A stretch of DNA of 38,954 bases from an archaeon (lineage in GTDB: Archaea; Undinarchaeota; Undinarchaeia; Undinarchaeales; JALTGF01). Below, in pieces: positions 1 through 8,203 of this stretch (position 1 is the stretch's first letter; each line of letters begins with the position of its first letter). The DNA lies in the NCBI GenBank assembly GCA_027077325.1, contig JALTGF010000019.1, positions 1-38,954 on the forward strand, read 5' to 3'. The notes under the pieces are model-generated. The model saw only the letters and a program-made list of their open reading frames with translations, did not search any database and was not told the origin of the DNA. The translations under genes and the position numbers were made by a program.

Positions 1-311
1 CTAGAGGTTTCAGAAAATTTTGAAATAAATTCCTCTTTTGAGATTTCAATTGGCTCAATTTCAGAATCCAACAGTTTTAGGATTTTATCATATGTACAAT
101 TTTTCTGCGTTTCTTTTGTTAGTTTAAGGATTTTCTTTGAGAGATTAACTGCCTTTTCTTCATTTTCTAGATTAAGACCTTCTTCAACACCACCCCACAT
201 AGAAGATCCCCTAAATTTATTAATCTTTTGAAAAAGTTTGTCAACCTCATTTACATTTGATAATTTTTCAAAAAGGTCTGGGATTTTATTTGAAGTATAT
301 TTTAAGATCAT
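1..311 (-). CDS. Hypothetical protein, 3' end truncated by the window edge (MILKYTSNKIPDLFEKLSNVNEVDKLFQKINKFRGSSMWGGVEEG...)
   Basis: Manual translation: ATG at 311 and an open frame to position 1. A TTTAAATA TATA-like element lies about 25-30 nt upstream. No recognisable motif. Confidence 0.6.
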   Translation of the reverse strand, partial: MILKYTSNKIPDLFEKLSNVNEVDKLFQKINKFRGSSMWGGVEEGLNLENEEKAVNLSKKILKLTKETQKNCTYDKILKLLDSEIEPIEISKEEFISKFSETS

Positions 312-347
312 TGGTGTGTTTATGAAAAAAGATGTATTTAAAAATAG

Positions 348-464
348 TGCCCCCGATGGGAATTTCAGCAAGCAGAGCGCTGATCGCGCACTCGTGCTCT
401 GCATTTGAACCCATGTCTTCGCCGTGAGAGGGCGAAATGATTGACCGGACTACACCACAGGGGC
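348..464 (-). tRNA. tRNA-Glu(CUC) with a 42-nt T-loop intron (59/60; intron 362-403)
   Basis: Acceptor GCCCCTG/CGGGGGC+A; anticodon arm TCGCC-CT CTC AC-GGCGA. T-arm ATGGG-TTCAAA|T-CCCAT is interrupted by an insert forming a BHB (TTCA/TGAA helix, AAT and ATT bulges). CCA is not encoded. Confidence 0.95.
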
Positions 465-474
465 AGCTGATGTC

Positions 475-630
475 AGCTGGCACCATATACTGCGTTCCGC
501 TTGCCTTTAAGTTCTCCCGCGGAAGCAGTATTATTTTCTGCTTTTATTTTCGCCAACATTGAAATCTGATTTTCCTTCCCCATGCTTTCTTTTCTAAAGA
601 AAAGCTGTCTGTTTCTATTTGTGCCAACTT
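475..630 (-). ncRNA. Candidate structured RNA or long tRNA leader upstream of tRNA-Glu(CUC)
   Basis: 9-bp closing helix AGTTGGCAC (629-621) / GTGCCAGCT (483-475), an internal 13-bp bulged hairpin (531-519 / 500-487), and an upstream BRE/TATA. Family not recognised. Confidence 0.4.
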
Positions 631-653
631 AGGATATTATCTACAAGTAGCAA

Positions 654-667
654 CTAATAAACTTTTC
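654..667 (-). promoter_or_regulatory. Putative archaeal promoter (BRE GAAAAG + TATA TTTATTAG)
   Basis: Purine-rich BRE immediately followed by a TATA-like box, about 30 nt before the structured segment that precedes tRNA-Glu. Confidence 0.55.
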
Positions 668-684
668 TTTTTTTGTAAAAGCGA

Positions 685-1983
685 TTATGGTCTGAAGCGT
701 TTCATTGTGCGCGGGAAGGAAATTGCATCTTTTATGTTCTTAAGCCCGCAAATCCACGAAATGACCCGTTCGACTCCAACACCATATCCCGAGTGGGGAA
801 CAGCCCCATATTTCCGCAGGTCAAAATACCATTCATAATCACCAGAGCCAGCCCCTTTTTTCTTTAGGTCCTCTTTCATTTGCTTTATGTCATTAGAACG
901 TTCTGAGCCACCGACAATTTCCCGATAGCCCTCCGGGGCAATCATATCAAAGCAAAGAGCAGTTTTTGGATCCTTTGGGTCTGATGGCTTGTAAAATGCC
1001 ATTATGTCCTTTGGATAATTTGTGACAACAACAGGGATTCCAAAATGATCTCCAAGAATTTCTTCCTCCTTTGTGCGGAGGTCCTTCCCCCAGGGGATTT
1101 TCATCCCTTTCTTTTCCAAAATTTTAAGAGCGTCTGTATAGGTGATTGTTGGGTATTCTGCCGTTGCATATTTCTCAAGTAGTTTTATATCCCTTCCAAG
1201 AATCTTAAGTTCAGGTTTGTTTTTTTCAAGCACTTTCTTAATTATAAATTTAATTTCATCCTTTGCAACCTCTGTTATTTCATCTAACTTCATCCATGCG
1301 GCTTCCATCTCGGCCATCCAGAATTCAGCAATATGCATTGCGGTTTTTGATGGCTCTGCCCTAAAAGTAGGTGCAACATCGTATATTTTTTCCAATGCAA
1401 AAATCCCTGCCTCTGCGTAAAGTTGCCAGGACTGCGTCAAATACATAATCTCGTCAAAGTACTTTACTTTAAACAAAGTCATTGTGCCCTCGCAGGCCGT
1501 TGGGGTAAGAATCGGGGGATCGAACTCATAATAGCCACGGCTCCTGAAAAATTCGTGGATTGCACCAAGAACTGTACTCCTTATTTTTAGGATTGCAATC
1601 ATTTTTTGAGAGCGAAGCCAAAGATGTCTTACATCAAGTAAGAATTCTTCACTTAGATCGCGGCCAATTGGGAATGGCTCGGCAAGCCCCACAATTTCCA
1701 ATTCAGAAATGTCAATTTCAAAGCCACCTGGAGCACGGGAGTCTTCGCGAACTTTTCCAGTTAGGGTTAGAGAACTTTCAATCGTAATTTTTTGCGCGTT
1801 TTTAAATGCTTTTTCTCCTTCTTTTGATACTGCCTGGATTATTCCTGAGGAATCACGAATCACTAAAAAAACCTTGTCTTTCAATTCGCGCTTTCTGTAA
1901 ACCCAACCCCGAATAGAAACTTCTTTTCCAACTTTTTCTTTGCTTAGTGTGTCTTTTATTGGGATAAATTTTTTTGCCATCAT
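685..1983 (-). CDS. asnS: Asparagine--tRNA ligase (class IIb)
   Basis: N-terminal OB fold (IRGWVYRKR...RDSSG), YLTQSWQLY, motif 2 FRAE...HxxEFWMAEME, EIVGGSER, and motif 3 PHSGYGVGVER. Confidence 0.9.
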   Translation of the reverse strand: MMAKKFIPIKDTLSKEKVGKEVSIRGWVYRKRELKDKVFLVIRDSSGIIQAVSKEGEKAFKNAQKITIESSLTLTGKVREDSRAPGGFEIDISELEIVGLAEPFPIGRDLSEEFLLDVRHLWLRSQKMIAILKIRSTVLGAIHEFFRSRGYYEFDPPILTPTACEGTMTLFKVKYFDEIMYLTQSWQLYAEAGIFALEKIYDVAPTFRAEPSKTAMHIAEFWMAEMEAAWMKLDEITEVAKDEIKFIIKKVLEKNKPELKILGRDIKLLEKYATAEYPTITYTDALKILEKKGMKIPWGKDLRTKEEEILGDHFGIPVVVTNYPKDIMAFYKPSDPKDPKTALCFDMIAPEGYREIVGGSERSNDIKQMKEDLKKKGAGSGDYEWYFDLRKYGAVPHSGYGVGVERVISWICGLKNIKDAISFPRTMKRFRP

Positions 1984-2050
1984 AGGAGTATTAGAAATAA
2001 GGATAATATATAGTTAGCGCCATTAGAACAGCGATAACCAGATCGATAAT

Positions 2051-2689
2051 TTAACCAGCAGCAAGCGTCATCACATAGTTAAAAAATCGTTCTCCCAGGT
2101 ATGTTATAAAGAAAAACTGGATTGGAAACATAACCATCCCATTAATTAGTGCCATTGGGAGTGGCTCCCTTGCAAAAAATGGCAAGAAGATAATCATATA
2201 AACTACATAGATTCCTATGCTAAGCATATAAACGAATGTCAAATTGGCAAGCACATAATCCGTGCCAAGAATTCTGAAGATTGGAACTAAAGTTATGACC
2301 CATAAGGAAAAGTAAATAAACTGGGCAATTGAGCTTTGCACACCTTTAGTTATTGCAAAGTCAAATGGGGTTGGGCGTGTCGCTATTTGCAGATATATGA
2401 AAGTTGTTATTGCAATCATTATAAGAGCAGGTATTGCCCCAAAAAACAGTGTCACAGGAAACAAAATAAAAGTTACAAATCCAATCCCAACTTTTACTAA
2501 AATTGAAAGGCGGGTAAGGAGAAGCATTGTTGTAAGAATTGTTAAGCCAACCAGGGGGCTATTTTCATGTGGTGCCTTGAAAATTGTAAAAAGCATTATT
2601 GCAAGAAGAAACCCAAACACAAGGAAGATACTTAATATTATTTGAGCAGGAGACATCTTAAAGATGTAATCTTTAAATGATTTGGCCAT
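2051..2689 (-). CDS. Integral membrane protein (about 6-7 TM), function unknown
   Basis: 212-aa ORF dominated by hydrophobic segments; no diagnostic motif. Confidence 0.75.
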   Translation of the reverse strand: MAKSFKDYIFKMSPAQIILSIFLVFGFLLAIMLFTIFKAPHENSPLVGLTILTTMLLLTRLSILVKVGIGFVTFILFPVTLFFGAIPALIMIAITTFIYLQIATRPTPFDFAITKGVQSSIAQFIYFSLWVITLVPIFRILGTDYVLANLTFVYMLSIGIYVVYMIIFLPFFAREPLPMALINGMVMFPIQFFFITYLGERFFNYVMTLAAG

Positions 2690-2728
2690 TCTAAAAAAAT
2701 ATCAGCGCAAGATGTATAAAAATATTCG

Positions 2729-5398
2729 CTATGACTTGAATGGCAAAGATAATACGTATTTACACCTAAGAGCAGCCCGCTTTAGATATTTTACACGACC
2801 AAACCCTTTTTCAGGATAAAGTGTGTTATAATATGCATGAATCCGGACCAAAGCATCTTGCAGTTTTGGATCAACGGTTACTGCATCCCACTCGAAATCA
2901 GCCTCTGCCCATTTGTCAAGAACTTTTACGAAGTTAAGGACTACATTGACATTGTGAGACAAGATTTCATCCTTACTTAAATCCTTGAGTTCTTCTTTAC
3001 GATCAACGGAAACATCCACTGACCATCTACGTCTTAATTTTTGAAGTTTTCTGAGTAAACTTATCGAGTTAGCTCCAAAAGTAAATTGGTCTGGAACCCA
3101 ATGTCTCCCTATTGAGAGGTACTTTGAGACAGAATCCAAGAGTACAATAATGACATCAATTATTTGTTGCGTCTTCTTTTGTAAATCCCAATAGGATTCA
3201 ATAGCATGCTGAACATTTCCATCAAATACCTTATCTAAGACTTCTTTAAGGTTATTTTTTACGAACAGATCACGGGTTATTTCATTAAAAGTGGCATCGG
3301 GAGGGATTCCAAGTTCAATACCAAATAACTGCAATAGCTCTAATTTTGCACTTTTCAAGCTTTTCTCCTGGCTCCAGAACAAAAGATTTCGTTTCTTTAT
3401 TGATGCCTTTACTACATCATTGTACCACTCTTTTGAGACTTCAAGAAAATTATCTACTGACTGAGAGAAGTATTTCACATTTTCCCCATATTGAATAGTT
3501 GCCTTAAATGTTTCAACAATCCCCAGACTGTGTAAACGATTGAGGACAACACGCCCCTGGGGGGAAAGATACCCGCCGCCCCGACTAGATGGAGCAATTA
3601 TCCCAGTTTTTCTTGCAATTTCAAACTTTCCAAGACCATGAGGCTCCTTAGCAAGAGCCAATATAATTTTCTCAGCAAAGGTCAATTCATTCTCTGATTC
3701 TTTTTTATTTACAAACGAAATTCTAGGGTATCCCCATGCCCTTAATGAAGGAAGGTAAACATCATAGTAAAATGAGCGCCCTTTACTTGTTACATAAAAA
3801 CCACGTTCTTTAACTACTAGCCCAGATTCCAAAATCCACTTATCTAGTCTGTACCTTTGCCAAGAATCTTTTTTATTTGCTAATTTCCAAGGGGTCCGAT
3901 TATTCGAAAGCAAAAACAAAAGATAAGCAATTTCATTTTTAGTAACAACATCAGATTGCTTAGTGAGGAAATACTTTTCAAAAAACGTGTCTAGGTCAAC
4001 TTTTAAGGCCTTTAACACCTTTTGAAGGGATTTCCAGATTTTGATTCCTTCTTGAGTAGCATATAATAATTTTAGAGATGAAATGTTTTTATCAATTTTT
4101 TTAGTGATGATTCCAGCATTTTCAAGCCGATGAACGCTAGTTAATAGTTGAGGCAACGCCTTCCCAAAATCAGTCATAAGCTCATTTGTGTACAATGGCT
4201 TTCCATTATTCTGTGCAATCACTACCTTATTTAGAACCCACAACAGATTTCTACAGCCAGAGCCCAAGTTTTCATTGGATGATTCAAAAAAATTATGTGA
4301 CTTTAATTGAGATATAAAATCAAGATAAAGGGTGATTATCTTTGGCTTTTTGTGTAAAAGATTGAGCAATGCCATTCGGCTCATAGTTCCCTGCAAGCCC
4401 TTTTGATTAATCTTTTTTAAAAGAGCATAATATTTTTTCCCTTTCTCTTGAGTTACATATGTTGTTTTAAGATGCTCGACAAATCCTATATGCTGAAATT
4501 TTCTAATTGCAAGTTCATGAACAGGGACGCTGTAATTTTTACACCACCCCCAAAGTTGTGGATGGTCTTTATCAAGTATCTTCTTTAAAGAAAAAACGTA
4601 TTCTTTCGTAAGTTTTTTTGAGCTAATTGGCCAATACTCCATTAGCAGCCTTAAGGTGCACATATCACCCGGTGAAATACGTTTCATAGTATTAGGGAGG
4701 TCTTTTGAGAGTTGCCCAAGGTAATAGTCAGGCTCTCGGTATTTGATAGAGTATGACCCATGCTCAGATTTGACAAGTAAGCTCCCTTTTTTAGAAAGCT
4801 GATAGTATTTTAAAACTTTAGGATTTATGTTTGGTGGCTCATAATTTTGGATGATGCCCCCATCCTTTAATGTTTCTAGCAGGGTAAACTTCCGTTTATT
4901 AATGCTATACATTGGTTTAACAAGAACTAGTTGTGGGAATAACTTCGTAAAATCTTCAAAAGGAAAAGGGTTTAATTCATGTTTCTTAAAATTATCTGAG
5001 ATTCGCTCCATAAACCCCAAGCGAGTGTGGCCGATCCCAAGATAAAAAAAGAGAGTTTCCCCATGAAGGCCTATAACATATCCGTTTATGCCTTGCCTCC
5101 AATTATCTATAAGATTATTCTGGAGGGGCAGCATTACTTTTTCTACAAAATGCTTTCCAAACCGGGTAAGCTCATAAGTTGTAGGGGGATATTTTTTTAC
5201 AAGCTTGTAGTCAGTTAAAGGAGCATACACTCTGTACAATGCAAGTGATTCAAGTGGCCTTGTATTAGTGATTGTACCTTTTTTATAGAGTTGCATTAAG
5301 AAATCCCATCGTTCATAAGATGCCAAAACAGAGTACAACATTATCTGGGCTTCTCTAAGAGTCCGTATTTCACTTAAAGGTTTAAATTCAAACGCCAT
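2729..5398 (-). CDS. Large protein with about six tandem winged-helix (MarR/ArsR-like) domains
   Basis: Long ORF (track start 5461; likely start MAFEFKPL at 5398) with repeated L-x-x-x-G-[IFL]-[IV]...Y-x-[LVA]-T-x-x-G wing signatures. Confidence 0.7.
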   Translation of the reverse strand: MAFEFKPLSEIRTLREAQIMLYSVLASYERWDFLMQLYKKGTITNTRPLESLALYRVYAPLTDYKLVKKYPPTTYELTRFGKHFVEKVMLPLQNNLIDNWRQGINGYVIGLHGETLFFYLGIGHTRLGFMERISDNFKKHELNPFPFEDFTKLFPQLVLVKPMYSINKRKFTLLETLKDGGIIQNYEPPNINPKVLKYYQLSKKGSLLVKSEHGSYSIKYREPDYYLGQLSKDLPNTMKRISPGDMCTLRLLMEYWPISSKKLTKEYVFSLKKILDKDHPQLWGWCKNYSVPVHELAIRKFQHIGFVEHLKTTYVTQEKGKKYYALLKKINQKGLQGTMSRMALLNLLHKKPKIITLYLDFISQLKSHNFFESSNENLGSGCRNLLWVLNKVVIAQNNGKPLYTNELMTDFGKALPQLLTSVHRLENAGIITKKIDKNISSLKLLYATQEGIKIWKSLQKVLKALKVDLDTFFEKYFLTKQSDVVTKNEIAYLLFLLSNNRTPWKLANKKDSWQRYRLDKWILESGLVVKERGFYVTSKGRSFYYDVYLPSLRAWGYPRISFVNKKESENELTFAEKIILALAKEPHGLGKFEIARKTGIIAPSSRGGGYLSPQGRVVLNRLHSLGIVETFKATIQYGENVKYFSQSVDNFLEVSKEWYNDVVKASIKKRNLLFWSQEKSLKSAKLELLQLFGIELGIPPDATFNEITRDLFVKNNLKEVLDKVFDGNVQHAIESYWDLQKKTQQIIDVIIVLLDSVSKYLSIGRHWVPDQFTFGANSISLLRKLQKLRRRWSVDVSVDRKEELKDLSKDEILSHNVNVVLNFVKVLDKWAEADFEWDAVTVDPKLQDALVRIHAYYNTLYPEKGFGRVKYLKRAALRCKYVLSLPFKS

Positions 5399-5488
5399 TA
5401 GAATGGATTCCCTATAATTAATTAACCCATTAGATACACATATACATAAGATAAATGCCATATAAAAGTCTTTTTACTGATATAAGAT

Positions 5489-5503
5489 AAAAACCTTTAA
5501 ATA
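5489..5503 (+). promoter_or_regulatory. Putative ftsZ promoter (BRE AAAAACC + TATA TTTAAATA)
   Basis: Typical archaeal BRE/TATA arrangement. It implies a 5' leader of roughly 180 nt ending in an SD GGAGGT (5695-5700). Confidence 0.55.
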
Positions 5504-5576
5504 CCTTTTAGAATTAATTAGAAGTATATAGCAATTTAAACTCACGCAAATCTTCATAAACCGCCAGCGGCAACTG

Positions 5577-5591
5577 GCAAATCAGATTTGC
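5577..5591. repeat. Perfect inverted repeat GCAAATC-A-GATTTGC, with an extra half-site GCAAATCT at 5546-5553
   Basis: Read directly from the sequence, in the intergenic region between the divergent poly-wHTH gene and ftsZ. Confidence 0.6.
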
Positions 5592-5707
5592 AATCGCGTG
5601 TATTTTTAGATAGCCCTATTCAGGAAATTATCCATCGATTTCTAAGAGGAAGTAATTCAAGGTAGTATAAAAATGTTTCGAAAATATAAAAATGGGAGGT
5701 TGAGTCG

Positions 5708-6835
5708 ATGGAGTTTACAATAGGAAATGCCATAAATGACCAAATTCCGGCAGAGGTTGTTGAAAGGCAAGAAAATAAAGTTGGCCGGGCAAGGATAGTT
5801 GTTATTGGAGCAGGTGGCGCTGGCAATAATTCAATAACTAGGCTAATGAATATGGGAGGCGTAAAAGGGGCTAAATCCGTTATTGTCAATACAGATATGC
5901 AACATCTTGAAATTTCAAAAGCAGATTCAAAAATATTAATTGGATACAACATAACTGAAGGACTTGGCGCGGGGGGGTTTCCAGAAGTTGGAAAACAAGC
6001 AGCAGAGTCTAGCAGAAAAGAGCTAAGAGAAGTCCTTAAAGGGGCACACCTAGTATTTTTAACATGTGGTCTTGGCGGCGGCACGGGAACTGGTTCACTC
6101 CCAGTAATTGCAGAAATTGCAAAAAAAGAAAAAGCAATTGTTGTTGCAACCGTTACAACACCATTTGATCTTGAAAAGGCAAGATTGGCAAAAGCAGAAG
6201 AAGGCTTGCTTGAACTAAAACAAAATGCAGACACTGTTATTGTAATAGACAACAACAAACTCGTAGATTACTATCCTAATCTTCCATTAAACCAAGCATT
6301 TGCGATGGCTGATGAATTGATTGCTAGCATGATTAAGGGGATTACTGAAACAATAACAGTTCCAAGTTTGATGAACCTTGATTTTGCAGATGTTAAAACA
6401 ATTATGACACAAGGCGGCGTTGCAATGATTGGCGTTGGCGAAAGTGACACTCAAAACAAGGTGCATGAAGCCGTTGAAAATGCGTTAAAGCACCCACTTT
6501 TAGATGTTGACTATCGGGGCGCAAACGGTGCACTAATTCATATAACCGGTGGACCAGAAATGACACTTGCACAGGTAACTGAAGCAGGAGAAATAATCTC
6601 AAATTCAATGAGCCCAGATGCACAGATAATTTGGGGCGCAAGAGTAGACCCGGATATGGGTGGAAAGATTAGGGTGATGACCATAGTAACTGGGGTTCAT
6701 AGCCCAAACATAATTGGAAAAAACAACGGCCTTGGGATAAAAATGATTAAAGCACAAAGCCCAAAGCAAATGGCCAGGGGTCTAGGAGGTGGAAAACCAC
6801 AAGCGCTAAGGGAACTTTCCATAGATTACCTGTAA
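5708..6835 (+). CDS. ftsZ: Cell division GTPase FtsZ (FtsZ2-like)
   Basis: GAGGAGNN, tubulin signature GLGGGTGTG and NLDFADV. EKARLAKAEEGL and TETITVPSL resemble the archaeal FtsZ2 clade. C-terminus IDYL. Confidence 0.97.
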   Translation: MEFTIGNAINDQIPAEVVERQENKVGRARIVVIGAGGAGNNSITRLMNMGGVKGAKSVIVNTDMQHLEISKADSKILIGYNITEGLGAGGFPEVGKQAAESSRKELREVLKGAHLVFLTCGLGGGTGTGSLPVIAEIAKKEKAIVVATVTTPFDLEKARLAKAEEGLLELKQNADTVIVIDNNKLVDYYPNLPLNQAFAMADELIASMIKGITETITVPSLMNLDFADVKTIMTQGGVAMIGVGESDTQNKVHEAVENALKHPLLDVDYRGANGALIHITGGPEMTLAQVTEAGEIISNSMSPDAQIIWGARVDPDMGGKIRVMTIVTGVHSPNIIGKNNGLGIKMIKAQSPKQMARGLGGGKPQALRELSIDYL

Positions 6836-6847
6836 CGCTTATTTCTC

Positions 6848-6925
6848 AAAAGGGAGTTCAGCCATATTACCACCCAAACGACCGGGCCCAATCCCTCAGG
6901 GCCCGGCCCTCCCCTTTTAATTTTT
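6848..6925 (+). terminator. GC-rich hairpin with T-rich tail between converging genes
   Basis: 8-bp stem CCGGGCCC (6882-6889) / GGGCCCGG (6899-6906), enclosed by AAAAGGGAG / CTCCCCTTTT and followed by T tracts. Confidence 0.5.
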
Positions 6926-6974
6926 AAAAAAGATTTCAGAGATTAGAACAAAAATAAAAAAATTAAATTTAGGA

Positions 6975-7577
6975 TTATAAAGAGAGATTAATAGAGTGAA
7001 GCGCGGCGTTTTTAATTTTGTTCCACCACTGCTTGTGTATTTCTAAGACATTTTTATCGATGTGCTTTACAAATGCCGATTGTATGTCTTTTATTACAGA
7101 TGGCCCTATGTCAAAAAGATAACTTTCAATAGCTTGAAGAATTCTAGCATCGTAAAGATCTTGACGTCCATCAACTAATATAAATGGATAAAATATTTCA
7201 GGCTCAAGAGTGGGCAGTTCATTAGCAATGCCAAGCTCTTTTGGAGTTCTTCCCTGAACACTAATCTCAATTGGGGTATTACAGTTTTTAACTCGCTCGC
7301 CAGTAAATCCAGCACATAACTCATCAGGAAGGCCATCAACAATATCTTTAACAAATGATTCGTATTTCCTCAATGGTTTATCTCCTTTAATTCCAATCCA
7401 GACATCTATGTCTCCGGAATGCTTTGAAGGACGATTTACAGAACTCCCGACAATAATTGCATATGCAAACTCATCGCCAAGTTTTTCTTTAATACTTAAA
7501 ACAATTTTTTTAATCCTTGAAATTTCTAAAAATAACTTAGGGAACAACCCACTTTTTTTGGCAGTTTTTAGATCCAT
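6975..7577 (-). CDS. Pol-beta superfamily (MNT-like) nucleotidyltransferase domain protein
   Basis: Motif YAIIVGSS...SGDIDVWI matches hG[GS]x9-13DhDh. Confidence 0.75.
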   Translation of the reverse strand: MDLKTAKKSGLFPKLFLEISRIKKIVLSIKEKLGDEFAYAIIVGSSVNRPSKHSGDIDVWIGIKGDKPLRKYESFVKDIVDGLPDELCAGFTGERVKNCNTPIEISVQGRTPKELGIANELPTLEPEIFYPFILVDGRQDLYDARILQAIESYLFDIGPSVIKDIQSAFVKHIDKNVLEIHKQWWNKIKNAALHSINLSL

Positions 7578-7709
7578 ATGAAATAGTTGGAAGTTGGCTC
7601 ATAAATATGTTTTGATTTATTAGGATTATTTTCCATATGGAAAATAAAAGAAGAGCAACCAATCTAAGAGTTTTAAAAATAAAAAAAGAAAAGAAAAAGG
7701 GTATTTGCA

Positions 7710-8000
7710 CTATTTAGTTGATATTAAGTCACTTGCAATTAAGAATGCTCCAATAAGGAAGAGTATCCATGCGATTACTTCCCAGAGTATTCCTAAACCG
7801 TACTGTGCTTGGGCAAGGCTTGGCAATGCCCAGAAGCCGATTGAAGTCGCTGCATCTAAGAAGAGGAAGAAAATACCTGCTACAAAGAATCCAATCCCCT
7901 TCATAATCTTGTTCAGAAGTCCACTGTATTTTAGCAACACTAGGCCGATCAGGATAAATAGTGCGAGTTCGACCGATGGATTTGGTGCTAGTAGTGTCAT
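7710..8000 (-). CDS. Small membrane protein (3 TM)
   Basis: 96 aa with three hydrophobic helices; TTTATATA TATA box upstream. Confidence 0.75.
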   Translation of the reverse strand: MTLLAPNPSVELALFILIGLVLLKYSGLLNKIMKGIGFFVAGIFFLFLDAATSIGFWALPSLAQAQYGLGILWEVIAWILFLIGAFLIASDLISTK

Positions 8001-8203
8001 GTTGATCAGGACAAGATAAGGAAGCCCTATATAAAAACCTTTGTTTTAACTTTAAAGGGGTAAAAAACGGCAAATTCGCAATTAAATCGAAATCAAGAGC
8101 TAAATTTTTAATTATTTAGAAAAAGAAAAAGAAATTTTAAATTAAATTGAAAAAATATTCTGTGAAAAGCTTAAATTACTTAGAAGCATATAGATAATTA
8201 ACA

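Noticed and set aside
464..479. Palindrome at tRNA +1 as a split-tRNA joining sequence
   Set aside because: The tRNA is complete in cis, so no trans-splicing partner is needed.
286..486. 66-aa ORF in the track
   Set aside because: It runs through tRNA-Glu(CUC) and is a by-product of GC-rich RNA sequence.
475..630. Identification of the structured RNA as RNase P RNA, SRP RNA or tmRNA
   Set aside because: There is no GAGGAAAGUCC/P4 partner, no proper SRP helix 8 (CAGG...GNRA...AGCA) and no tRNA-Ala-like domain. The AENN... tag-like reading is probably chance.
1984..2050. Asn-rich leader peptide upstream of asnS, by analogy with ileS
   Set aside because: Only a weak hairpin and a TATA-like element are present; there is no Asn-codon-rich uORF.
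5620..6258. 212-aa antisense ORF over ftsZ, and similar shadow ORFs over lig, ileS, acn, acl and pyr genes
   Set aside because: These are antisense or alternative frames of well-supported genes, with no motifs of their own.
6975..8000. CBASS-like or MNT-HEPN system (nucleotidyltransferase + small TM protein)
   Set aside because: The enzyme is too short for a CD-NTase, no HEPN RxxxxH partner was seen, and the two genes appear to be separately promoted.
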